Source: Eubacterium sp.
Lineage (GTDB): Bacteria > Bacillota > Clostridia > Oscillospirales > Acutalibacteraceae
NCBI GenBank assembly: GCA_022772725.1
Contig: JALEZT010000012.1
Coordinates: forward strand, 1-51,538
Direction: 5' to 3'
Length of the DNA: 51,538 nucleotides
Part shown: positions 38,495-47,200 of the stretch, piece after piece
Position numbering within the stretch: position 1 is the stretch's first letter
Layout: each line of letters begins with the position of its first letter
Program-made: the position numbers and the translations under genes
The notes under the pieces: generated by a model
What the model saw: only the letters and a program-made list of their open reading frames with translations
The model's database searches: none
What the model was told of the DNA's origin: nothing

Positions 38495-38549
38495 ATTGGT
38501 TAGGAAATGCTAACCAATTATTTTTGCACTTGTGTTAGTTTATGCTAAC
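38495..38549. promoter_or_regulatory. Two palindromic GTTAG-N6-CTAAC operators (DtxR/MntR-family-like)
   Basis: ATTGGTTAG-GAAATG-CTAACCAAT (38495-38518) and GTTAG-TTTATG-CTAAC (38534-38549), between the promoter and the feoA RBS. Confidence 0.65.
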
Positions 38550-38570
38550 TCAAAGAAAGGGGACTTATTT

Positions 38571-38780
38571 ATGCCTCTTACTATGGCAGATTACGGAAAA
38601 GAAATGAAAATAATTAAGGTTGCAGGGCAGGAGGAAACAAGGCGCCACCTTGAAAACCTCGGCTTTGTTGAGGGTGCCGCCGTAACCGTTATAAACAGCC
38701 TTGGCGGAAGCCTGATAATTAATATTAAAAATTCACGCATTGCAATAAGCAAGGGTGCGGCTAATAAAATTATGGTTTAA
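38571..38780 (+). CDS. feoA: Ferrous iron transport protein A
   Basis: RRHLENLGFVEG...SRIAISKGAANKIMV. Start at ATG 38571 behind AAAGGGG. Confidence 0.92.
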   Translation: MPLTMADYGKEMKIIKVAGQEETRRHLENLGFVEGAAVTVINSLGGSLIINIKNSRIAISKGAANKIMV

Positions 38781-38821
38781 TCAGTATTAATAACATATTA
38801 TTAATAGGGAGGATTTGCGGT

Positions 38822-39046
38822 ATGACATTAAAGGATGCAAAAATCGGTTCAAGCGTAACCGTTAAAAAAATAAACGGCGAGGGCGCACTTAAAAGAAGAA
38901 TTATGGATATGGGAATAACTAAGGGTGTTGAGGTTTACATACGCAAGGTTGCCCCGCTCGGCGACCCCATTGAAGTAACCGTCAGAAATTATGAGCTTTC
39001 TCTGCGCAAGGCAGATGCGGCAAATATTGAGGTTGAAGAGGCGTAG
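38822..39046 (+). CDS. feoA: Ferrous iron transport protein A (second copy)
   Basis: RRIMDMGITKG...KVAPLGDPIEVTVRNYELSLRK. Confidence 0.95.
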   Translation: MTLKDAKIGSSVTVKKINGEGALKRRIMDMGITKGVEVYIRKVAPLGDPIEVTVRNYELSLRKADAANIEVEEA

Positions 39047-39047
39047 C

Positions 39048-39155
39048 TTCAACGGCTTTGCCTGTCTTCTTTTCAGAAAAAACAAATATGAAAACGGTCA
39101 TTTAAAAAGAATTAAGGTCAATGCTAAAAAACAGAAAGGCGGTTATGGCTTATGA
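39048..39155 (+). pseudogene. feoB: Probable 3' remnant of feoB
   Basis: Start-less frame FNGFACLLFRKNKYENGHLKRIKVNAKKQKGGYGL*. It sits where feoB belongs, and its stop overlaps the next start (ATGA). Confidence 0.6.
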
Positions 39156-39322
39156 ATTTGCCAACGGCGCTTGTGCTTGCGGTTGTTATTCTTATTGCCG
39201 GCGCAATTATTTATAAATTAGTTAAGGATAAGAAAAAGGGCAAATCCTCCTGCGGATGCGATTGCTCCTCCTGCGGCGCCTGCTGTCCTTACGGCACCGC
39301 CGAAAAAAAGAATAACGAGTAA
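39152..39322 (+). CDS. FeoB-associated Cys-rich small membrane protein
   Basis: Below the ORF-track cutoff. Translation: MNLPTALVLAVVILIAGAIIYKLVKDKKKGKSSCGCDCSSCGACCPYGTAEKKNNE*. Confidence 0.88.
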   Translation: MNLPTALVLAVVILIAGAIIYKLVKDKKKGKSSCGCDCSSCGACCPYGTAEKKNNE

Positions 39323-39323
39323 C

Positions 39324-39359
39324 AAAAAAAGACCTGATGCTTTCGCATCAGGTCTTTTT
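39324..39359. terminator. Bidirectional terminator
   Basis: AAAAAGACCTGATGC-TTTC-GCATCAGGTCTTTTT. Confidence 0.85.
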
Positions 39360-39388
39360 ATAAAGTTTATATATGTTTTCATTGCTTC

Positions 39389-39413
39389 GTAGGGCAGGGG
39401 CTTGCCCCTGCCG
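39389..39413 (+). repeat. Solo GTAG-type REP
   Basis: GTAGGGCAGGGGCTTGCCCCTGCCG, three mismatches to the reverse complement of 13088-13112. Confidence 0.78.
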
Positions 39414-39431
39414 AATACCGAATGTATATCA

Positions 39432-39818
39432 TTATTCGCAGATTATTTTGAAAAGCTCCTTTATTCTTTCGTTTTGCTCCGTTAAATAAAGGTATCCGAA
39501 AAGCGCCTCAACGCCTGTTGCTGTGTGGTATTCCGCGTCCGACGCACTCTTTGGCGAATGGCCTGTTTTGGCGTTTCTTCCGCGCTTAAACTGCGCCTCT
39601 TCTTCCTCTGTTAAAATATCTTTAATTTTGGAATATGCCTCTGTTTGTGCCTTTGCGCAAACGAATTTAACGCTTTCCCTGTGCAAATCGTTTACGGGGC
39701 GGTTTGCCGTGCAAACAAGCTCCTCGCGCACCAAAATTTCATAAATGCAGTCGCCGATAAACGCAAGGTTAAGCGGGCTTAATTGCTTTGGATTAACATT
39801 TTTATCATTAAATCTCAT
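39432..39818 (-). CDS. mrnC: Mini-ribonuclease III
   Basis: SPLNLAFIGDCIYE, KRGRNAK, YHTATGVEALFGYLYL. Confidence 0.93.
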   Translation of the reverse strand: MRFNDKNVNPKQLSPLNLAFIGDCIYEILVREELVCTANRPVNDLHRESVKFVCAKAQTEAYSKIKDILTEEEEAQFKRGRNAKTGHSPKSASDAEYHTATGVEALFGYLYLTEQNERIKELFKIICE

Positions 39819-39845
39819 ATAAGCTCTCCGCTTTTTATTGTGATT

Positions 39846-41117
39846 TTACGGCACATATTCAAATTCAACATCGTAAATTGAAACGGTGTCGCCCTCCTGA
39901 ATACCCTGCTCTCGAAGTGCGTCGAAAACGCCGCTTTTTTCAAGCACTCTTTGCATATATTGCAGGCTTTCGTAATCCTCAACCTCAACGCCTTGAAGAA
40001 CACGGGGAAACCAAGATGCTTCAACAATAAAGTAGCCCCTTTCGGGCTGTGAAATTTTAAAGCCCTCATCCTTTTTAATGAATGCTTCGGGCGGAATTTC
40101 CTCTGCCTTGTATTCCTTGATGGGCGGAAGAGCTTGCAATTTATTCCAAACCGCCTGCATAAGCTCCTTTGTGCCCTCGCAGATAGGCGCGCAGATAGAA
40201 TAATATTCATAGCCCTGCGCTTCAATCCAATTTTTGAAATCCTCAATCTGCTCGGGCTCTGCCATATCAATCTTGTTGCCTGCCACAATCTGCGGTCTTT
40301 CGGCAAGCTCGGGGTTAAATTTAACAAGCTCCTCGTTTATTTTTTTGAAATCCTCCTTCGGATTTCTGCCCTCAAAGCCGCTAACATCAACAATGTGAAC
40401 AAGCAGACGGCATCTTTCAACATGCCTTAAAAATTCATGTCCAAGTCCTATTCCCTCACTTGCGCCCTCAATAAGTCCGGGTATATCGGCAATAACAAAC
40501 GAGCTTCCCTCGCCCATGGAAACAACGCCGAGGTTGGGAACAAGCGTTGTGAAATGATAATCTCCGATTTTTGGCTTTGCCTGAGAAACAACAGAGATAA
40601 GGCTTGATTTGCCGACGGAGGGATAGCCCAAAAGCCCAACATCTGCAAGAAGCTTTAATTCAAGGCTGACCTCCCATTCCTCGCCGGGCATACCGGGCTT
40701 TGAAAAGCGGGGAACCTGACGGGTCGGCGTTGCAAAGTGCTGATTTCCCCAGCCGCCCTTGCCGCCCTTTGCCGCAACGAAGCGTTCCGTTTTGCTCATA
40801 TCAGCCATAACGGCGCCTGTTGTTGCCTCTTTGATAATTGTTCCTCTGGGAACTCTTATTTCAAGGCTTTCGCCGTTTTTGCCGTGCCTTTTATCGCCCT
40901 CTCCGGGCAAGCCGTTTTTTGCGGTGTATTTTCTTTTATATCGGAAATCGGCAAGCGTTGCAAGGTTGTCGTCAACAACGAAAACAATGTCTCCACCCTT
41001 GCCGCCGTCGCCGCCGTCGGGACCGCCCGAGGCAACATACTTTTCACGGTGAAAGGCAACTGCGCCCGCTCCGCCGTTTCCTGCTTTAATTTTTATTTTT
41101 GCTATATCAACAAACAT
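39846..41117 (-). CDS. obgE: GTPase ObgE/CgtA
   Basis: MFVD...GGPDGGDGG, GYPSVGKSS, YHFTTL, DIPG, NKID, OCT C-terminal domain. Confidence 0.98.
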   Translation of the reverse strand: MFVDIAKIKIKAGNGGAGAVAFHREKYVASGGPDGGDGGKGGDIVFVVDDNLATLADFRYKRKYTAKNGLPGEGDKRHGKNGESLEIRVPRGTIIKEATTGAVMADMSKTERFVAAKGGKGGWGNQHFATPTRQVPRFSKPGMPGEEWEVSLELKLLADVGLLGYPSVGKSSLISVVSQAKPKIGDYHFTTLVPNLGVVSMGEGSSFVIADIPGLIEGASEGIGLGHEFLRHVERCRLLVHIVDVSGFEGRNPKEDFKKINEELVKFNPELAERPQIVAGNKIDMAEPEQIEDFKNWIEAQGYEYYSICAPICEGTKELMQAVWNKLQALPPIKEYKAEEIPPEAFIKKDEGFKISQPERGYFIVEASWFPRVLQGVEVEDYESLQYMQRVLEKSGVFDALREQGIQEGDTVSIYDVEFEYVP

Positions 41118-41143
41118 TTTTTAACAGCCCTTCGGTGTTTTTT

Positions 41144-42412
41144 TCAGGTTTTATCAAGCGCCTGCTGAATATCCTCAATGATATCCTCTGCCGCTTCAAT
41201 TCCGCAGGATAAGCGAAGCAAATCGGGTGTAACTCCGCACTCCTCAAGCTCACTGTCCGAAAGCTGACGGTGAGTTGTTGAAGCAGGGTGCAGGCAGCAG
41301 GTGCGTGCGTCTGCAACATGGGTAACTATTGCGGCAAGTTGAAGGCTGTCCATAAATACGGTTGCCGCCTTTCTTCCTCCCTTAATGCCGAAGGAAACAA
41401 CGCCGCAGGTGCCGTTTGGCATATATTTTTGAGCCAAATCATACTGCTCATCATCTTCAAGCATTGCGCACTTAACCCAGCTTATTTTCTCGTTATTTTT
41501 AAGATATTCCGCAACCTTTTTTGCATTTTCGCAATGGCGCGCCATTCTTAAATGAAGCGTTTCAAGGCCGACATTGAGAAGAAAAGCATTCTGTGGAGCC
41601 TGAATAGAGCCCAAATCTCTCATAAGCTGAACGGTTGCCTTTGTTATATAAGCGGCTTCGCCGAAATCCTTTGAATAGGTTAAGCCGTGGTAGCTTTCGT
41701 CGGGAGTGGTAAGTCCGGGGAATTTATCGTTTTGCGCCCAGTTGAATTTACCGCTGTCAACTATTGCACCGCCGATTGTTGAAGCGTGGCCCTCCATATA
41801 TTTTGTTGTTGAGTGGGTAACAATATCACATCCGAATTCAAACGGACGGCAGTTAACGGGTGTTGCAAAGGTGTTGTCAATGATAAGCGGAATACCGTTT
41901 TCGTGTGAAACCTGTGCAAACAACTCAATATCAAGAATATCAAGGCTTGGGTTGGAAATTGTTTCGCCAAAGATACATTTTGTGTTTGGCTTGATTGCGG
42001 CTTGAATTTCCTCCTTTGTTGCAGTAGGCGGAATAAAGGTAAAATCAATTCCGAGCTTTCTCATTGTAACATTGAAAAGGTTAAAGGTTCCGCCGTAAAT
42101 GGCAGAGCTTGAAACAACATGGTCGCCTGCCTGAGCAATGTTGAACACGGCATAGAAATTAGCCGCCTGTCCGCTTGCCGTAAGCATTCCCGCAACGCCG
42201 CCTTCAAGCAGGGCAATTTTTGCCGCCGCGTAATCGCAGGTTGGGTTTTGAAGCCTTGAATAGAAATATCCGCTTGTTTTAAGGTCAAATAAATCTCCCA
42301 TAGCGTCGCTTGAATCGTATTTATATGTTGTGCTTTGAATTATCGGAACAACTCTCGGCTCGCCGCTTTTCGGCTTGTATGCGCCCTGAACGCAAATAGT
42401 ATCAAGTTTCAT
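41144..42412 (-). CDS. metY: O-acetylhomoserine aminocarboxypropyltransferase (sulfhydrylase)
   Basis: YSRLQNPT, ASGQAA, IDNTFATP, HSTTKY (PLP lysine), HPASTTHRQL. Confidence 0.9.
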   Translation of the reverse strand: MKLDTICVQGAYKPKSGEPRVVPIIQSTTYKYDSSDAMGDLFDLKTSGYFYSRLQNPTCDYAAAKIALLEGGVAGMLTASGQAANFYAVFNIAQAGDHVVSSSAIYGGTFNLFNVTMRKLGIDFTFIPPTATKEEIQAAIKPNTKCIFGETISNPSLDILDIELFAQVSHENGIPLIIDNTFATPVNCRPFEFGCDIVTHSTTKYMEGHASTIGGAIVDSGKFNWAQNDKFPGLTTPDESYHGLTYSKDFGEAAYITKATVQLMRDLGSIQAPQNAFLLNVGLETLHLRMARHCENAKKVAEYLKNNEKISWVKCAMLEDDEQYDLAQKYMPNGTCGVVSFGIKGGRKAATVFMDSLQLAAIVTHVADARTCCLHPASTTHRQLSDSELEECGVTPDLLRLSCGIEAAEDIIEDIQQALDKT

Positions 42413-42436
42413 TTTTATCCTCTCCTTAAATTTTGC

Positions 42437-42880
42437 TCAGTCTCCCTGATAGCCGCAGTAAAGCAGGGCTCCGCCCTGTTCGCTTATATCAAAATAGATA
42501 CTGTCGCAAAGTGTGTTTTTGTTATTATAGGTTACAGTCCAAACCTTTGTTGTGTAGCCGTATTCCTCACGCCGCCAGCCGCCGTCGTTTAGCTCGCAGG
42601 ATTCAAGCTCAAAATCGTCAAGCGTTGCCTCAATTCCGAAATCGGAAAAATCCGTTTCGCAAAGAGCGCTGTATGCAAGCTCCTCGGCAGTTTTTTCATC
42701 TATAATAACATTTTCGTCATTTCTTGAATCCGTTATTTCCTCATAAGCGGTTGTGCTTTCGCTCTCCTTTAAGTCTGCCCCGTTTTGCTCGGTTGATTTA
42801 TCGGAGCAGGCACAAAAGCCTGTTGAAATAACGGCGCAAAGCAGTATAACTGCGCCTTTTTTATATTTTTTCATATTCAT
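42437..42880 (-). CDS. Hypothetical acidic lipoprotein
   Basis: Basic N-terminus, hydrophobic core and lipobox-like FCAC. Overlaps the upstream stop codon. Confidence 0.7.
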   Translation of the reverse strand: MNMKKYKKGAVILLCAVISTGFCACSDKSTEQNGADLKESESTTAYEEITDSRNDENVIIDEKTAEELAYSALCETDFSDFGIEATLDDFELESCELNDGGWRREEYGYTTKVWTVTYNNKNTLCDSIYFDISEQGGALLYCGYQGD

Positions 42881-44088
42881 CAGTCTTTAAGAAAATGCGT
42901 CATAATGCTTGGTCCGAAATCAATAAAGTTGCCCGTTGCGGCGGCAGTTTCCTCGTTTATTGTTTCAACGCCCTCAATCTCTTTGCTTTTATGATAAATC
43001 AAATACGGCACGGGGTCGCTTGCGTGCGTGCGCGTAACAATCGGGGTTGGGTGGTCGGGAAGCACCATAATTTTGTAATCGTCATATTTTTTAAGTCCTT
43101 CAAAAAGAATAGGAAGAACTCTTTCGTCTATCATTTCAATAGCGCGAACCTTGTTTTCGGGCTCATTTCTGTGTCCGCATTCATCGGTTGCCTCAAAATG
43201 AATATATGCAAGGTCGTTTCTTTCAAGTAAATCAAGTCCTGCCCTTGCCTTGCCCTCAAAATTAGTGTCTATATATCCTGTTGCGCCCTCAACCTCGGCA
43301 ACCTCCATTTTTGCGCATCCGCCGATTCCTTTAATAAGGTCAACTGCGGAAACAACACCGCCCTTAATTCCGTAAATATCTTCAAACGGGCTTATTGCAG
43401 GTCTTGTTCCCTCGCCCCAAAGCCAAATGGAGTTTGCAGGCCTTTTTCCTCTTTTCTTTCTCTCAATATTAACAGGGTGGTCTTTAAGAATATCATAGGA
43501 TTTTTTCATCATTTCAATAAGCGGCCTTGCGTTTTCGCTCTTTGATAAATAATCGGTTATAACCTTTCCCGTAATATCGTGAGGAGGCGTCATATTTCCA
43601 AGCTCTGTTGTTCCGTTTGCCCAGATAAGACAGTGCCTGTAAGAAACTCCGGGATAAAATCTGAAAACGGCGTTGCCGAGTGCTTCGTCAACCGCCTTGA
43701 TAAGAATTTCCGCCTCGGCAGAGGAAATATCGTCTGCGCAGTAATCCTCAATAGTTTTTTCCTCATAGGGCTTATCGTCCTCGGAAAGCGTAACAAGATT
43801 GCACCTAAGCGAAACATCGCTCGGAAGCATATCAATTCCTATCGAAGCCGCTTCAAGCGGACTTCTTCCCGTGTAATATTTCATAGGGTCAAAGCCCATA
43901 ACACTCATATTTGCAACATCGCTTCCCGGTTTAAGTCCCTTTGCAACGGTGCGCACAAGTCCAACCTCGCTTCTTTGCGCAAGATAATCAAGATTAGGCT
44001 TATTTGCAACCATCATCGGTGTTTTTCCGTCAAGCGCCGGAACGGGATAGTCTGCCATTCCGTCGTATAAAACTACTACATATTTCAT
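42880..44088 (-). CDS. Cofactor-independent phosphoglycerate mutase, ApgM-like (alkaline phosphatase superfamily)
   Basis: MKYVVVLYDGMAD, PGSDVAN, YTGRSPLEA, PPHD, DECGH, PDHPTP, TH. Start at 44088 behind GGGAGG. Confidence 0.88.
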   Translation of the reverse strand: MKYVVVLYDGMADYPVPALDGKTPMMVANKPNLDYLAQRSEVGLVRTVAKGLKPGSDVANMSVMGFDPMKYYTGRSPLEAASIGIDMLPSDVSLRCNLVTLSEDDKPYEEKTIEDYCADDISSAEAEILIKAVDEALGNAVFRFYPGVSYRHCLIWANGTTELGNMTPPHDITGKVITDYLSKSENARPLIEMMKKSYDILKDHPVNIERKKRGKRPANSIWLWGEGTRPAISPFEDIYGIKGGVVSAVDLIKGIGGCAKMEVAEVEGATGYIDTNFEGKARAGLDLLERNDLAYIHFEATDECGHRNEPENKVRAIEMIDERVLPILFEGLKKYDDYKIMVLPDHPTPIVTRTHASDPVPYLIYHKSKEIEGVETINEETAAATGNFIDFGPSIMTHFLKD

Positions 44089-44104
44089 TAAATCCAGTCC
44101 TCCC

Positions 44105-44277
44105 AAGCCGTGTCTTTTTCCGTTATACTGCGTTGTCGAAAAATTCCGCTCGGTTACATACAGAGTGTATGCGCCCGTCGACGAAATTTTTCTGCCGCCT
44201 TGCCTAATGAAAAAATCCAACGGCTTTAATAATGTGTCTTTTTCCGTTATACTGCGTTGTCGAAATGTCAACGGCTT
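44105..44277. mobile_element. Non-autonomous hairpin repeat (MITE-like) plus an internally deleted second copy
   Basis: Long imperfect inverted repeat at 44105-44227 (AAGCCGT...ACGGCTT). Exact 32-nt direct repeat at 44110-44141 and 44234-44265. CAACGGCTT at 44218 and 44269. Confidence 0.65.
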
Positions 44278-44291
44278 AACTAACAGTTTTA

Positions 44292-47200
44292 TTATTTAAA
44301 GTAATTAACTCCGCTCTCAAATATCTTCATATCCTTTTCAAACGGAACATTCTTGTAAAGATTTTCGCCCTTTCTTTCGCAATGGCCCATTTTACCGAAA
44401 ACGCGTCCGTCGGGCGAGGTGATACCCTCAACTGCGCAAACGGAGCCGTTCGGGTTAAACGGCATTTCGGCAACGGGGCTTCCGTTAAGGTCAACATATT
44501 GCGTTGCAATCTGTCCGTTTTCGGCAAGGCGTTTGATAACCTCGTCATTAGCGGCAAATCTGCCCTCGCCGTGTGAAATCGGAACGGCAAAAACATCTCC
44601 TGCGCTAACGCCCGAAAGCCACGGAGATTTTGTGCTTGTAACTCTTGTGTAAGCCATCTGCGAAATATGTCTGCCGATTGTGTTAAAGGTAAGCGTTGGG
44701 TCGTCGGGCTTAATCTCTCTTATCTCGCCGTAGGGCACAAGACCGAGCTTGATAAGCGCTTGGAAGCCGTTGCAGATACCGAGCATAAGTCCGTCTCTGC
44801 AATTAAGAAGCTTTTCGATTGCCTCCTTGATTCTTGGGTTTCTGAATGTTGTTGCAATGAATTTGCCCGAGCCCTCGGGTTCATCACCGCCCGAAAATCC
44901 GCCGGGAAGCATAACAATTTGGCTTTCGCCGATAGCCTTAACCATCTTTTCAATTGTTTCGTTAATATCATTAGCGCAAAGGTTTTTAACAACAAGTATT
45001 TCCGTTTCTGCGCCTGCCTTTTCAAAGGCTCTTGCCGTGTCAACCTCGCAGTTTGTGCCGGGGAATGCAGGGATGAATACCTTTGGCCTTGCAACCTTGT
45101 TTTTGCAAATAAATATTGAACGCTCGTTTGAAAGCTCAATTTCCTGCGGCATTGCGGCAGTTGCCCTGCTGTCCGTCGGGAAAACGCCTTCAAGCTTGCC
45201 TGTCCATTCGTCAATAAGCTCGTCAACCGTAAGCACGTCGCCGTTTATGATAAACACGCCGTTATCGTTTGTTGTGCCGAGCTCGGTAATATTAAAGCCG
45301 TCAAATAATTCCTCTGCGCCGTCTGCAAGCTCTGCAACAATGTTGCCCTGCTTTGCGGCGAAAAGTGTTTCTGCATCAAGATTTTGTGCAAAGGTAAAGC
45401 CTGTTTTGTTTCCGAATGCCATTTTACAAACGCACGCGGCGGCGCCTCCCTCTTTAACAACAGAGGCTGAAAGCACCTTTTTGCTTCTCACGCCCTCATA
45501 AACTCTCATCATAAGAGCCATTGCCTTATCGTATTCGGGCAATCCCGAGTTCTCGCAAACAGGAATGTCGAGCATAACAACCTTAGAGCCTGCCTTGCTG
45601 AATAATGCAGAGCCTGTTTTTGAAGCCTCTGTCATACCAACCGCAAAGGAAACGAGAGTAGGCGGAACATCAAGCTCATTAAACGAGCCGCTCATACTGT
45701 CTTTACCGCCGATAGACGGAGTTTTATATCCGATTTGAGCGGTAATTGAGCCCAAAAGAGCCGCCGCGGGCTTGCCCCAACGCTTCGGGTCATCATTAAG
45801 CCGTTCAAAATATTCCTGGAAGGTAAGCCTTGCCTCGCTCGGATTACAGCCTACTGCGGCAAGCTTTGCAAGTGATTCCGTAACGGCAAAGGCAGAGGAG
45901 TGGAACGGGCTCCAACGCGAAAGCTTCGGAATAAAGCCGTATGACATAGCGGTTGCCGTGTCTGTTTCTCCGCTTTCAACGGGGATTTTTGCAACCATAG
46001 CCTCCTCAGGAGTAAGCTGATATGCGCCTGCGTAGGGCATATTAACCGTTGCCGCGCCGATTGATGAGTCAAATCGCTCAACAAGTCCCTTTTGACTGCA
46101 AACCTCAAGTCTTGAAAGATTGCATTTAAGAGCCTCTGAGAGCTTTTTGCCCTTGAGCTCGGCAGGAACGGTATTTCTGTAATTTTCATTTTCGTCAACT
46201 GCGCCGATAACTGCGTCTGCGTGCTGAGTAACGCCGTTTGTGTTAAGGAAATCGCGGCTTATGTCAACTATTGTGTCGCCCCTCCAAGTCATAACAAGTC
46301 TGTTTTCGGAGGTAACAACCGCAACGGGCGTTGCTTCAAGGTTTTCCTCGTTTGCAAGGCTGATGAATTTATCAACATCGTTCTTGTCAAGCACAACCGC
46401 CATTCTTTCCTGCGATTCGGAAATGGCAAGCTCCGTGCCGTCAAGTCCGTCATATTTCTTCGGCACCTTATCAAGATCTATTTTAAGTCCGTCTGCAAGC
46501 TCGCCGATAGCAACGGAAACACCGCCTGCGCCGAAATCGTTGCATCTTTTAATCATTTTTGCGGCCTCTGCCTTGCGGAAGAGCCTTTGAATTTTTCTTT
46601 CTGTTGGGGGATTACCCTTTTGAACCTCTGCGCCGCAGGTTTCAATTGATGAGCTATTGTGCGCCTTTGAAGAGCCTGTTGCGCCGCCGCAGCCGTCGCG
46701 TCCCGTTCTGCCGCCCAAAAGAACGATAATGTCGTTCTCCTGCGGAACCTCGCGGATAACATTTGCCTTCGGAGAAGCACCTATAACTGCGCCTATCTCC
46801 ATACGCTTTGCAACATAGCCGTCGTCATAAAGCTCGGTAACCTGTCCTGTTGCAAGGCCTATTTGGTTTCCGTAGCTTGAATATCCCTGCGCCGCTCCCG
46901 TTGTTATTTTTCTCTGCGGAAGCTTTGCGTCAAGCGTGTCCTCAAAGGAAACGGTTGGGTCGCCCGCACCTGTTACGCGCATTGCCTGATAAACATAGGC
47001 TCTGCCCGAAAGCGGATCGCGGATTGCACCGCCGAGGCAGGTTGCCGCGCCGCCGAAGGGTTCAATTTCCGTTGGATGGTTATGTGTTTCGTTTTTAAAC
47101 TGAACAAGCCATTGCTCCTCTTTTCCGTCAATAATAACGGGAACCTCAATGGAGCAAGCGTTGATTTCTTCGCTTTCGTCAAGGTTTGTTATTTCTCCGC

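Noticed and set aside
44089-44271. 61-aa N-terminal extension of the ApgM-like protein
   Set aside because: It derives from the hairpin repeat. The family N-terminus MKY and the RBS are at 44088.
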